A stretch of DNA of 64,000 nucleotides, taken from the NCBI GenBank assembly GCA_964016885.1, contig OZ024743.1, positions 250,480,001 through 250,544,000 on the forward strand, given 5' to 3'. This stretch comes from Eledone cirrhosa (Eukaryota). The position numbers and the translations under genes were made by a program. Below, piece after piece: positions 10,722 to 24,395 of the stretch; the stretch's first letter is position 1, and each line of letters opens with the position of its first letter. The notes beneath the pieces are model-generated. The model made no database searches. It worked only from the letters and a program-made list of their open reading frames with translations, and had not been told where the DNA came from.

Positions 10722-11984
10722 AGGTCAGTACTGTTATGTTTTGTGAGGGACCTTCCAACCTGTTCCAACATAGAAAAAAAAGAGATGATAAATGATGATG
10801 ATGATGATAATAATAATATACATATATTCAATAAGCTTCTGTACAGTTTCTGTTTACCAAATTTTACTTACAAGGCATTGGCCAACCCAAGGCTATCATA
10901 GAAGATACTTGCCCAATGTGGTACACAGAAGGAGTGTATATAATGAATAAATAGAAGAGGAAGGGTTGAATAGTAACATGTTGAAGACACAAAATAGAAT
11001 AAGAATAGGCACAGACATGGCTGTGCGGTTAAGGAGTTTATTTTGTAACTATATGGCTTTAAGTTCAATACAATTGTGTGGTACCATGGCTTGACCAATA
11101 ACTTGTGAGTGCCATTTGGTAAACAGAAACTGTGTGGAAGATCATCATGTGTGTGTATGTTAGTTTATGTTCATAATATAGTGTTTTTACAGATGAAATA
11201 CTTGTATGGATGAACCTGTAAATCATGATGGAGCACACCTGTAATTCAAAGGATCAACATTGTCACACATTGTGTTATGCTGAATCTTTCCAAGAATTAC
11301 TTTACGAGTACAATGTTTTTGGATTACCCAACCACTTTAAACATGGCAGAACCATCACTTCTCCATGTCTGAATACATTTGATTTCTTCCAGAAATGGAA
11401 AAAGAGAGAGAATGCAAGAGAGGAAGTGAGAAAGAAAAATAGAGTAAGTATCGACCCCAGTACTGGACTAGTGCATTTTTTACTGACTTCAAAATGATGA
11501 AAAGCAAAGTTGATCTCAGCAGGATTTGAACTCAGAAAATGCAGTTAGCTGGAACAAATACTGCAAATCTGAAAATCATTCTATCTAACATTCCAACAAC
11601 TCAGCCTATTTGTATAAAATAAGTACCAAACATGAAAAATAAACAAGCCCTGGGGCTGATACTAAATCCTTTTCAAGGCAATACTCCAGCATGGCCATAG
11701 TCTAATTACTGAAACCAATAGGAGAATATAGTAATACAAGTAGAAAAAAAGAGGTGGGTGGAATAGACAGCAGTGTCTTTAGAGCGAAAATAAAATATAA
11801 GAATATGAATAAAAAATACTGAACCATTGTTTTAGTTGATAAGACATAGGACATGAAATGGTAAAAAGTAAATCACGAAAATATTGATACAAACAAATTA
11901 ACAGATATAGAGTAAAGCAATTTTGTGTTGTTCTTTATACATACATATATATATATACATACAAATATACATACATATATACAC

Positions 11985-12023
<39 letters not shown>

Positions 12024-12154
12024 TATATTTATATATATATATACATACATATATACATATATACATATACATACATATAAACATATATATACATACATAT
12101 ATACATATATATTTATATTTATATATATATATATATGCATATATACATATGTAG

Positions 12155-12243
<89 letters not shown>

Positions 12244-12278
12244 CATATATATATATACATATATATATATATACATAA

Positions 12279-12313
<35 letters not shown>

Positions 12314-15300
12314 CACACATACACATATGTATATGAGTAAGTGTGTGTAATATAGAAAAGTAAATGGATTCTGAAGATTATGGCAGAGAAGAAGAAATCA
12401 TTTATATATGAATCATAAAAGAAAATATCTAATGTTCATTTATCTAGTGTGTAGGTATATGTATCAGCGTGCATGTGTAGGTGTGTGTATGCATGTAGCT
12501 GTATCTGTGTATGTATGAATGTGTGTGTGTTGTTGTGTCCATGTGTGTTAATATGTAGTTGTATGTGTGTATGTGTTTCTGTATGTGTGAATGTATATGA
12601 GCTTGTATGTAGGCATATGTGTGTGTTGATATTTAGGTTTATTTGTGTAAATGTGCCTGTGTGTATAGGTGTATGCATGTGTTTGTGTGTGTGTGTGTGT
12701 GGGGGGGGTGCAGCTGTGTGTGCCTATGTGTTTGTAGCTGTATGGGTGTAGGTATGTGTGTAGATGTATATCTGTGTTTGTGTTTCCATATGTCTGTGTG
12801 CACATGTGTATGTGTGTGTGCCTGTATATCTTTAATGGAGAGGAAATGATCTGAGAAAGGAAAGAACATTCACTGAAGGTTCACAAAATGTCTTCTTCAA
12901 TTTTGGGTGTTTTGTTAACCTTTTTGATACCAAGCTCTCCTACCCCCAAATCTATCCTTGTTTTTACAAAACACAAACTTCTTTATTTCAAAGGGATTCT
13001 ATTTAAATCAAAATCTTCCAACATAGTTTGATATGAGATTGTTTTTGTTAAGTTATCTTACAAATAAAATTCTAATATTGAAATTATTTATATCTTTAGC
13101 AAATTCTTTGTTTAGTAAATATAAGGATGATATAAAATTGATTTCTAATTTAAGCACAAGGCCAGCAAATTTGAGTGAATGAAAATTGATTAAATCAATC
13201 CTAGTACCCAATAAAGCCAGTCAGCCTACTCTGCTGTGTAAGCAATGTGTGCTGTCTTCAAATTCCAGCCATTTTCTCCACTGTGTTTAATATATGAATG
13301 ACACATTTAGTAGATTGTTCACTGTTTATGGAGAAATACGGTCCAAGCTTGGGAAAAATACATAAATAAATAGGTAAATAATTCTTTCTAACCTAGGCAC
13401 AAGGCCAGCAGTTTGGGGAAATCAATTATATCAATCCCTGTACTTAACTAGTAATTTTATTAGTAAGCATGGAAAGCAAAGCTGACCTCAGTGGAATTTG
13501 AAATTAGAATGTAAAGGACTGTAATTAAATGTTATAATGTATTTTGTCTGACGCTAATGATTCAGCTAACATGCTGTCCTGAAATAAGATATAATATTGA
13601 ATTTTTGTATTACATTCACCAGACTGAGGTAAATGGTTATACTAGCAGCTTTAGGATTTCAAGAAAAGAATCACCTCTCTAGTGCCGGTATCACAATAAA
13701 ATTACATCCAGTATGCTATATAAAGATGTTGGCAAACAAACAGATACAAAATAGGGTCGAAAAGTCCCTTTAGTTTTGTTGAGGACATGCATACCTCTCT
13801 GGTGCTGGTGCCATGATAAAATGAACCTGGTAGACTTTGTAATGATGTCAGTGTTAGGCAGAAAATTCATCTGTAGAAACCATGCCAAATAAAGGTAGAT
13901 AGGGCTTAACAAATATGACAAGGACAGGATGATGGTGTTGGTGAGGATACAATGGTGATGATAATGATGATGGTATTGATGAGAAAAACAATGTTGATGA
14001 AAACAATGGTGATGAAGCTAACAATAGTGATGATGATCCTCATGATCATGATAAAATTCATAACTCAGGCATTTTAGTGATGTCAGCCATGTCAGTGTCC
14101 ATTCTGTACAAAGTCACTATACCAATTACATTAGGAAGTAAACATATAAGCAAAGAAATATGATGATGATGATGATCGTGGTGATGAAGGTGGTGGCTAG
14201 AATGATGATAATGATCGTAGTGGTGGTTAGAATGGTGGTTGCTAGAATAATGATGATGGTGGTGGTTGTTGTGGTGGTAGTGGTTAGAATGATGGTGGTG
14301 GTGGTGGTGGTGTTGGTAGTGGTAGTAGTTAAAATGTTGATGATGAAGATAATGACAATGATGACAAGCATGATGATAATGATGATGATAATGATAGTGA
14401 TGATGTGGTGAATATATGTTATTCAATCGTATTATCAAAATGAAAAATTAAGAGCTATCCAGAAAAATTAATTCAGAATTTCCAAAAATACCAGATTTTT
14501 TTTTCAAATGAAACTCACAAATTTTATGTTAAATTTCTATTTCTCTGTGTAAAACACAAAATTTTGATTAACGGAAATCAATTTTCGATGTTTCATATTG
14601 AAATCTTTAACATTTTATTGATTACCAGTGATAAAATGGTTAAAGTGGGGTTCCAGGAAGGTTCCAGAAAAAATAAAATAAAATGTTTTAGGTCGACAGA
14701 GAATGTTTAATTGATCATTTTTGTATTTCAAAAAGTATTGTATATGTGTGTGTGTATATATATATATATATATGGAGGTGGGGGTATGTGTGCAGCTCTA
14801 TAAAAGAATCTGTTTAACATGTCAACAGAAGGCACAATTATCACCCACCCTCCACCAATGCTTACAGTAAAACTAAATAATATAAATATAAGAAAACACA
14901 CAAAAAAAGCCTTCACCAAAACCCCAATAAAGCAGAAAACCTTAGAAAAGTCATAGAAATGCCACCTCCTCTACTTTACAGTCAAACATTTTAACATGAT
15001 AAACAAGAAACTTCTCTCATGAGAATTCGGTAAATTTTTGCATCTGTCTAACAAAATGGAGGAATGGAAGTTAGAAAAATATTAACACTATGAATGAAGG
15101 AGAATTCAAAGAAAAATAATATATAAAAATGAATGAAATGAATAAAAATAATTAAATATGAATGTAAAAGCAAAAAAAGAAATAAAATATTAATTTAAAG
15201 AATACTTTCACTCACACATACATATGCACAACACATGCACACACATGAACACACACACAAACACACATATATCTATACATAAATAAATAAAAATGAAAAT

Positions 15301-16461
15301 TATTGTGTACAGTGCTCAGGTGCACTACAACTCATCAAAAATGCTTGTATAGTACATAGAATAATATACAAATATCAGGAAAGTGATATATTGTATATAT
15401 ACCTACACATACATATATACATATATATATTCATACCTATAGAAACACGAATGTGCATGTATACTCGTATATACAGACATACACAAAAATATGCATATTT
15501 AGATACATACACATATGTATAAACACATACACAGATATTGTTGCCATATCAACATTCACTATGGCAACCTGGTTATGCTAATATTCATCTGAAAAATATC
15601 CCAGAAGACAAGAAAGTACTTGTGAAAATAAGAAATAAAATATGAAAATTCAGCTGTGTTGAAATTTGACAATGTTACAAACTGTAATTATATACATGAA
15701 GCACCTTGTCCACCCTGTAAGATGGTGGTGCTGGTGACATGACAAAAAAGCATCCAGTCCACCTTATAAGGTAGTCGTGTTGGTACCATGATGAAAAAGC
15801 ACCCTGTGAGGTGGTCGTTCAGGCGCCATGGTATAGAGCACTTAGTCCACACTGTAATATGGTTGACATTAGGGCATCCAGCCATAGAGACAAGCCAAAA
15901 TACAGGTCCGTATGAGCAAGACATGGTCATCTGAACTCTCGAGCCTCATAATATGACAACCTGTCTAACTCATGCATGTGGGGAAAATAGTCATTTAAAC
16001 GGTTATGATGAAGGTGATATATATAATGTATTTTTTAGGTCACGCCAGAGCCCTGATTCTCTGGAGTTTTCTGTGTATTTACAGGAGATAATTCACAGTA
16101 ACAGGACTGATTTGGCCTTAATAAATCAAAAATATTAATCTCCACCACAGTATTAAGTACTCATTTTTGCCACTATTAATTCTAAGTATGTATATACATA
16201 TATAGGTGTATATGTACCAATATCCATAGGTGTGAAATGAAAAAGGAAAGCAGCGCTCAATCGAGAAGAGAGCAGAAATATTATATTAATAAGTGCCTAA
16301 AGAATGGTCACTAATTTGATGCCTCTTCTGGAGGTATGGGCCTTGAAACCCTGAGGAGTGCATTTGTTCCATGTATGACCATAAATAAATAATATAATAT
16401 ATATATATATAGTCCAAACCCCTGCTAGCAAGGAAAACAGCTGTTAAATTATGATAAATGG

Positions 16462-16509
<48 letters not shown>

Positions 16510-16526
16510 CACCATTAAACAAAACA

Positions 16527-16575
<49 letters not shown>

Positions 16576-16579
16576 CATA

Positions 16580-18946
16580 AAAGCCTTCCCTAGTGAGGAA
16601 TGTACATCCCAACATAGCTTAGTTGTCAGCGACCTCACGGTCAGAACTAGACGAGCCCTGAAACAGAGGCCAACCTGGAGAAGAAAGATCTGGAAGCTGA
16701 AAGTCCCCTCAACCAGTAACAGATTTAAAGATATTTTACTCAACGCCTACGACAGTAAAGAAGAACAGATAGAGACATTTAACGTAGAAGAGAACTGGGA
16801 GTTCCTAAAAAATAACTTACTAGAGGCGACGGATGAGGTTTGTGGCTGGAGTAAGACCTCAAGCAGGAGGAGAGTGACTTGGTGGTGGAACAATAAGGTA
16901 GATGAAGCAGTCAAGGCCAAGAGACAGGCATGGAAAGAATGGAAGAACGGGGGGAGCAGGGTACATTACATAGAGACCAAGAGGGAAGCTAGGCGACAAG
17001 TATACTTAGCTAGGAGGGAAGCAGAGGATAGAAAATTCAAGCATGTTTTACAACGTGAGGACCAGAAACAGGAGGTATTCAAGATTGCGAGGCAGTGTGT
17101 CAGAGATAGTTGTGATGTCATTGGAGAGAAGTGTATCCGGAATGATAAAGGTGAGCTTGCCCTCACAAGTGCTGAGAAGAAAGATGCATGGAAGAGTCAT
17201 TATGATAGATTACTAAATGAGGAGAATGCATGGGAAGAAGAGACCCTACCCCACGTAGACCCTATAGAGGGACCAGCAGTACAAGTCAGCGGCAGCGTAG
17301 TAAGTAAGGCAATCAGAGATATGAAGATAGGGAAGGCAACCGGTCCATCGGGTATAGCTGCCGAGATGCTGAAGGCATCTGGGTCTGTAGGTCACACTAT
17401 AACCACACGTATCGTTAACCAGGTAATACTAGAGGGGGCCATACCAAAAGATTGGTGCAGTAGCATCATTGTCAACTGCTACAAAGGTAAAGGCGATGCA
17501 CTAGATAGAGGAAACTATAGAGGTATAAAGTTGATGGACCAGGTCATGAAAGTAACAGAAAGAGTTATAGCACAGCTGATTAGGGACCGGGTGAATATAG
17601 ACGAGATGCAATTTGGGTTTGTTCCAGGGAAAGGCACCACTGATGCGCTCTTCCTTGTGAGGCAATTACAGGAAAAGTACCTAGCTAAAAGTAAGCCACT
17701 CTACTTGGCATTTGTCGACCTTGAGAAAGCCTTTGACAGAGTTCCACGTGCAGTAATCTGGTGGGCTCTTAGAAAACTAGGAGTAGATGAATGGCTTGTG
17801 AAAGCGGTACAAGCCATGTATAGGGGAGCAGTCAGCAAAGTTAGGATTGGCAATGAGTATAGCGAGGAATTTAGCGTACAGGTTGGGGTCCACCAGGGCT
17901 CTGTTCTTAGCCCTCTCCTGTTCATCATAGTCCTGCAGGCAATAACGGAGGAGTTTAAGACCGGATGCCCATGGGAACTCCTGTATGCTGATGACCTCGC
18001 ACTCATAGCTGAATCTATGGTAGAACTAGAGAATAAATTCCAAACCTGGAAGCAGGGACTAGAGAGAAAGGGCCTCAAAGTCAACATGACAAAGACTAAG
18101 GTCCTTATAAGTAGACGAGAAAACAGAACCCAGATCCCCTCAGGGAAATGGCCTTGCTCAGTATGTAGGAAAGGTGTAGGTAGGAACTCCATTCTTTGCC
18201 CCAAATGCAAACAATGGGTACACAAGAGATGTAGCGGGATCTCAGGAAGCTTAATTAAGAATGTAGGATTCACATGCAGCAGCTGTGCTGAAACAGCAAG
18301 CAAACAGCCACAGGAAACAAGTACCACCAATCTCTGGGAGGGCCCTGTAGAAACAGTAGACAGCTTCTGCTACCTAGGTGACCGAATTAGCAACGGAGGT
18401 GGGTGCTCAGAAAGTACAATAACTAGGGTAAGAACGGGATGGAAGAAGTTTAGGGAACTACTACCACTGCTAGCTGCAAAAGGCTTCTCCCTCAGAATGA
18501 AAGGCAGACTGTATGATGCGTGTATCCGAACAGCGATGTTGCATGGTAGTGAGACCTGGGCGCTGAAGGTGGAAGACTTACGTAGATTAGAGAGAAACGA
18601 AGCCTGCATGCTCCGATGGATGTGTAACAGTAATATACGTGAACGACAAAGCATAAATGAATTGAGAGAGAGACTGAGCATAAGAGGAATCAAATGCTGC
18701 GTGCAGGAGAGGCGGTTACGCTGGTATGGACATGTGATGCGTATGAAGGATGACAGCTGCATAAAAAGGTGCAGAGCACTAGAAGTTGATGGAAACCGCG
18801 GAGTGGGGAGACCCAAGATGACTTGGGATGAGGTGATAAGAGCCGACCTTACCCAACTACACCTCTCAAAGTCAATGACACACGACCGTGACTTCTGGCG
18901 TCACGCAGTAATACAGGGTACCCGACCTCCCATGGGTACATGCTGA
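16580..18946 (+). CDS. Reverse transcriptase ORF (N-terminally truncated) with an inserted PHD-type zinc finger
   Basis: NYRGIKL, QFGF, FVDLEKAFDRV, GVHQGSVLSP, LYADD, FCYLGD, LHGSETW, RRLRWYGH. C4HC3 finger CSVC..CPKCKQWVHKRC..CSSC at 18155-18286. The annotated start at 16451 is microsatellite read-through. Confidence 0.92.
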   Translation, partial: KAFPSEECTSQHSLVVSDLTVRTRRALKQRPTWRRKIWKLKVPSTSNRFKDILLNAYDSKEEQIETFNVEENWEFLKNNLLEATDEVCGWSKTSSRRRVTWWWNNKVDEAVKAKRQAWKEWKNGGSRVHYIETKREARRQVYLARREAEDRKFKHVLQREDQKQEVFKIARQCVRDSCDVIGEKCIRNDKGELALTSAEKKDAWKSHYDRLLNEENAWEEETLPHVDPIEGPAVQVSGSVVSKAIRDMKIGKATGPSGIAAEMLKASGSVGHTITTRIVNQVILEGAIPKDWCSSIIVNCYKGKGDALDRGNYRGIKLMDQVMKVTERVIAQLIRDRVNIDEMQFGFVPGKGTTDALFLVRQLQEKYLAKSKPLYLAFVDLEKAFDRVPRAVIWWALRKLGVDEWLVKAVQAMYRGAVSKVRIGNEYSEEFSVQVGVHQGSVLSPLLFIIVLQAITEEFKTGCPWELLYADDLALIAESMVELENKFQTWKQGLERKGLKVNMTKTKVLISRRENRTQIPSGKWPCSVCRKGVGRNSILCPKCKQWVHKRCSGISGSLIKNVGFTCSSCAETASKQPQETSTTNLWEGPVETVDSFCYLGDRISNGGGCSESTITRVRTGWKKFRELLPLLAAKGFSLRMKGRLYDACIRTAMLHGSETWALKVEDLRRLERNEACMLRWMCNSNIRERQSINELRERLSIRGIKCCVQERRLRWYGHVMRMKDDSCIKRCRALEVDGNRGVGRPKMTWDEVIRADLTQLHLSKSMTHDRDFWRHAVIQGTRPPMGTC

Positions 18947-19254
18947 AGCATATAAACAATATGCCCCCCCCCCCCCCCCCCACCGCAAGGTGGTCGTGGA
19001 GGTGCCACGGCAAAAAAGCACCCAGCCCACACTGTAAAGTGGACGTGTAGGCGCCACGAAAAAGCACCCAGCACTCACTGTAAATGAGGTTGGTGTTAGG
19101 AAGGGCATCCAGCTGTAGAAATCAAGCCAGATCAGTTCCTGTATGAGCAAGGCATGGTCAGCCGACCAGACACTGCCCACAACAGGACAACCCGTCTAAC
19201 CCATGCTAGCGTGGAAGAACGGACGTAAAACGGTGATGATGATGATGATGATGA
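16580..19254 (+). mobile_element. 5'-truncated young RTE-clade LINE with 3'UTR and (GAT)n tail
   Basis: Begins abruptly after (TA)n at the end of the endonuclease (QHSLVVSDL). Open RT ORF, 3'UTR shared with many local fragments, gatgatgat tail. Confidence 0.93.
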
Positions 19255-19410
19255 CATATATACCAATAACAAGAAAAATAAACTGTAATAAACTAATTAT
19301 GAGAGAAACTTTACGGCACCAATCCTTAAAAGTATGTTGTAAATATACACTTGGAAAATTGATGAAAAGGAAGTGAACACCCTCCCCACCCATAAAAATG
19401 AATAATAATG

Positions 19411-19460
<50 letters not shown>

Positions 19461-20797
19461 TAATAAAAATAAATTAAAAATAAATTAAAAAATAAAATAA
19501 TAAAAATACTGATCAATATAACCTATAAGGACAAACAAATAAAAGTGATAGGTTTTTGTTTGTTTTGGGTTTTCTATAGAATGTAAGTGAAGTAATAAAA
19601 GTTGTTTTAGTTTCATTTGTTTGCTTATATATTATGGCCATAATTTAAGAGCCAATAGAAATAATTTCATTGCCACATCTATTTATTTATCTCTTTATTT
19701 ATTTCAGTCTTTCTAATGGAATATTATTAATATTTTGATAAGAATTATCAGTTTCGTTCTTTATATTATTATTGCTGGTTTTTTTTTTGTTTTTGTTATA
19801 TTTTATTTATTGTTTTGGCCCCTAAAATGTTTATTTTTTTATTTTTATTTTTTTTTAATACTTTTGATTTTCATTTCGTTAGTTTGCTTACTTTTTATTT
19901 TTTATTTTATTTTATTTTATTTGGTCAGGAGAGGGAAACGGGTGTAAGGCATGGGGGAAGAGAATAAGGTTGCATAAATAAAGAAACAAACAAAGCAAAA
20001 ACAAATGCAAAATGAATGCTGTCAAGCATTCTGGCATAATTTGGTCATAAATATGAAATGATTGCTTTGAAGAGATAATGAAAAATATTTAAAAACCAAA
20101 ACAAAACAAAAAGAAATAAAAAAAAATATATATTGTAAACTAAATAGAATTGGCAAACAAACATTACACACGTTAAAACGTTAAAACATGTCATGTCAAT
20201 GTCGATGATGAAATATTTTTAACAAAAATATAACACACAAAAAAATGTATACATGTGAAAATGATAGAAAATAGAATAAAGACAACTTGAATTATTATAT
20301 AGAATTTCTTTGTATTTACACAAAATTGATGAGAAAAATAAATAGAATTATTGGTGTATATTTTATATTAATCATCATTAAAATGGAAGGATTTTTACCA
20401 TTAAAACATCTATTTTATTTTATTTTATTTTATGTTTTAGAAATGTTTTGATGATTCTATCTGAGTGAGATATCTCTTTAAATTATCCAATATATTATGA
20501 TTATGCGACAATGATACTAACCACCCAGTGATATGGTCTGACAGTGTGGTAAGTGATGGTGTCATATTGGTTGAAGACAATGGTGTAAACACCCTAAATG
20601 GTAAAATCAGAACAGTGGGGAAGGAGGGACCAGGTGGGATAGTTGGCATGATTCCCAGAATGTTTAGTATAGCCTTACTTCCCCCTATTAGATACAAAAA
20701 CTGATAATATTGGTAAAGAATTTCCCCTTTTAATAAATCCTTCTTTTACAGTGTTCTGTTACATGGGGGCCAAAAACACTGGAAGACTCAAAAGAAC

Positions 20798-21090
20798 CAG
20801 AGGCATAACTAGGGAAAATATTGCCTATGGCAAACAGTGAAATTGCACCCTTCCCCAGCACTGTATTTTTGCCTGTGGGTCTAATAATTTATATAAATGA
20901 TTTAATGATACAGCCATCATAGTGTTCTCACTCATGATAATCAGAGATCATACATCTGAAGGGTTTCTTTTTTCATGCTTCGACGAGTCTTATTTGACTT
21001 TAATAGAACGTGCTCCTAGTCCAAGTGGCACCCCCTTCATGTGGTGCCCATGGCACATGCCATGCTTGCCATATTCTAGTTATGCCTCTG
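20798..21090. mobile_element. hAT-type MITE
   Basis: 15-bp TIRs cagaggcataactag / ctagttatgcctctg and an exact 8-bp target-site duplication aaaagaac (20790-20797, 21091-21098). Confidence 0.92.
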
Positions 21091-23429
21091 AAAAGAACAG
21101 AGATTTATATAATATTATTCAGTGTAGTCACATAGATACTGCATCTCTCAAATGATGATTAATCTGGGTTCAAACCACTGAAGAACCAGAGAGAATTTTC
21201 AAGTTGAAATATGGTACCATAAAAAGTTAAAGTGTTTATCTAAAGCTATAAGGTTGTATTGTAGTTTGCTTGGAGCATTGTGGAAAATGTGGTAAATAGT
21301 ATGTTCTTTTTAGAGTGCTATAGCAATGCAAATAATTAAACACTGCTAAAGTAACTGTTCAACAACTTTGTTATCATTATTTTTAACATTTAATATCCTA
21401 TTTGCATTGCTGTAGCCCTCTGAAAAGACTCACTATTTTCTATACTTGCATTATAATTTATGTAAGGACCTTTGTTAAGTTATGTTCTGAACACAACTTA
21501 ACAAAGAGAAGTTAGTTATATTACTAAATCCTTCCATATTCTTGATTATTTTCAAAATGTTTTGATAATCATAAGCAGTATCTTTTATTAGAAATATCGC
21601 AATGAAAGGGTTAATAGAGATTAAAGGGAAAACAAAGACAAAGATCAAATTAATAAACAGTTTCTTTTTTATAATTTTTGTTGTGTTTATTTATATATTC
21701 AGCAGATATTTTTACTCCATCATCATCTTATGAAGTTGAGGATGTTTTATTACAAAATAACCACAGCATTATTGTTGATTTCTCCTCCTACCCAAAGAAA
21801 AAACACAATACAATGTTCTTGGAGAGAAAACTTTCTCTCTTTAAGTAAAGAAAAACTCACTAAAATCCATAAACAATCAATAAATACAGATTGATTTAAA
21901 AGATCAAGTAGAATTATTGGTTTATAAAACTGATAGGTCAGAAAAATTTGCACCTTTTTCCGTTTTGTTTTGCCACCAGTTTAATGAATTTTGATATTTT
22001 TTAGAATGTGGTGAATTGGCAGAGTTTTTAGGGGATCATATTAAAGCTGCCACAGTATTTGTTGCTGCTCTCTGAGCTCTCTGAGTTCAAATCCCACCAA
22101 GATCAACTTTGCTTTTCATCCTTTTGGGGTCAGTAAATAAAGTACCTATCCAGTACTGAGGTTGATTCTGTCTCTCTTTCTCTCACTTTCTCTGGAAGAA
22201 ACCAACTGTGTTCTGGCCTGGAGATGAATAAATTCCACCAGGTTTAAAATGACCAAGACATGGCATATGGGAGGATGGAACAATTTTAACTCCATCTGGA
22301 GTTAAAGATACTGTCTCCACTATTTGGAGATTCTAACCTATATATAACAATGAATCAGTAATTCAATTTCTTCACAAAGAAATATTTAATCTCTTTACAA
22401 AATAGAATTAATACAAGACATTAAAAAAGCAAGATAAAACATTGAGGTAACATTATGTTATCATCTGGTTTATAAGTTTCAGTAAAAGTACTGTGATATA
22501 TCATTATTTAACCAAGCATAAAACAAAACTGTGTAAGAAATAAAAATACATTAATTGTTAACACTACCAGCTCATTTCTTTCGAAAAAACATCAGAGCGA
22601 TGTTACCCATGGTTGCGCTGGACAGGCTTGTGAATATGTTACTCAGGAGGAGAGTGAGGGAGTTGTGTTGAAAAAGCCAGTTTAGCACTACCATCTCATA
22701 TCCTTTGGAAAATATCAGATGCATGTTGCCCCATGGTCCTGATGGGAAAAATGGTAGATGTGTTTCCCAGGAGGAGAGCGAGCGAGATGTGATGAAAGTG
22801 CCAGTCCACTTGTGAGGCTCATTTTTTTAGATGTCCATCTCCATCCTGATTGCAGTAAATAGGCAAGTGGTTCAGAGACCCAGTACACCAGATGTTTCCA
22901 CTGTTATGGATTTGATGACAAACATATTATCAAATGTGTTTGGAATCACACCAATGCCCTAGATTCATTCATATGTGAAAATACCCAAACCAAAGTTGAC
23001 TTCAGTTGGATATGAATTCAAAGTACAGCTCTGAAACTGAATATTGTTTCATGGTTTAGTTGAGAAGAAAGAAAACAAAATGAATCATATTTACAAACCA
23101 ATTTTATGTTGAACATGAAAACTGAATAGAAGATGTTGAGATACTGTAATAGAAAGTCTGGATTTCTGTGTAGGAAGAGAAAAGAGAGAAGGGAGATAGT
23201 AAAAAAGCACAAAGAAAACTCAGTGATGGCTGAGGGCAAGAGGAGGAGAGAAGAGGGTCAGGATTTCTCTGCATCTCACTCTGTCTAGTCTTTAATTGTC
23301 TGAGAACCTGCAGTATGCAGGGGAAACACCACTGGATCAGCAGTATCGTAAACTATCAATCTCTATTATGGCTTTGAGTAATCATTCCCACATTTTCCAA
23401 TACTGAACACCCACCACCCACACATATAT

Positions 23430-23962
23430 ATCATCATTATCATTGTTTTTACGTCCGTTTTTCTACACTTGCATGAGTTGGACAGGTCCTTCTCGGCTTG
23501 GCATCTCTCCACATGCCACGATCCTTTGTCATCACCTCTGTGAGTCTCAGTGATTTGAGGTCAGATCTTTCAAACTCTGCCCAGGTCTTTCTTGGTCTGC
23601 CTCTATATCAGTGCAGTCTTCTCTCCTGCACAACACCATGGATTCCTTTTAAACCCAGCTTCTCCCTCGACTTGTCCAAGCTTTGCCTTTTTCTCACACT
23701 TACATTGCACATCCACTGAAGAACGGTTGCTTCATTTTTCTACAGTCTACACATATCCTCTGCAGTCACAGCCAATGTTTCACTTCCATGCAGCATTGCA
23801 CTTTGTACACAGGAGTCATCCAGTCGTCCTTTTGTATGTAGGGGGAACCTTTTGTGGTCAACAGTGGGAGTAGCTCTCTAAACCTTTTCCATCCTATCCT
23901 TATTCTAGATGTTATGCTCTCAGAGCACCTCTCACCATTGCTAATTACGTCACCTAGATAGC
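23430..23962 (-). mobile_element. Decayed RTE LINE 3' fragment
   Basis: YLGDVISNGERCSESITSRIRIGWKRFRELLPLL is homologous to the 18370-18480 protein segment. Confidence 0.85.
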
Positions 23963-24087
23963 TATATATATATATACACGGTTGTTGATTCAATATATTT
24001 CCTTCACTATGAAGGTGAATGGCTTAGTGGTTAGGGCATTTAACTCACAATCAATGGAATTGGGTTTGTTAACTCAACGAGGCAGCA

Positions 24088-24395
24088 CATTGTTTCCTTG
24101 GACTGATCTGATAATCAGCTCCTTTCTTCTGCCATGAGTTGTGATCAGCAATGAAAAAATCAATGGAAACATTATTTCCTTAGTCTGATCTGATGATCAG
24201 ATCCTTTTTCTGCCAGGAATTGTGATCAACAGATAATATTAGCAATAGAAAGACCAATGGAAACATTGTTTCCTTGGTCTGATCTGATGATCAGCTCCTT
24301 TATTGTCAGGGAGTATGATCGACAGATAGTATTAGCAATAAAATTACCAGTGAAAATATTGTTTCCTTGGTCTGATCTGATGATCAGCTCCTTTC
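24088..24395 (+). repeat. Short tandem array (~80-95-bp unit, ~3.5 copies) starting in a SINE head (24012-24100)
   Basis: Repeated acattgtttccttggtctgatctgatgatcagctccttt. Upstream tggcttagtggttagggcatt resembles the SINE at 49605-49750. Confidence 0.8.

Noticed and set aside
22562-22810. Diverged 124-bp tandem duplication as a coding repeat
   Set aside because: The period is not a multiple of three, the frames tried contain stops, and no motif was recognised.
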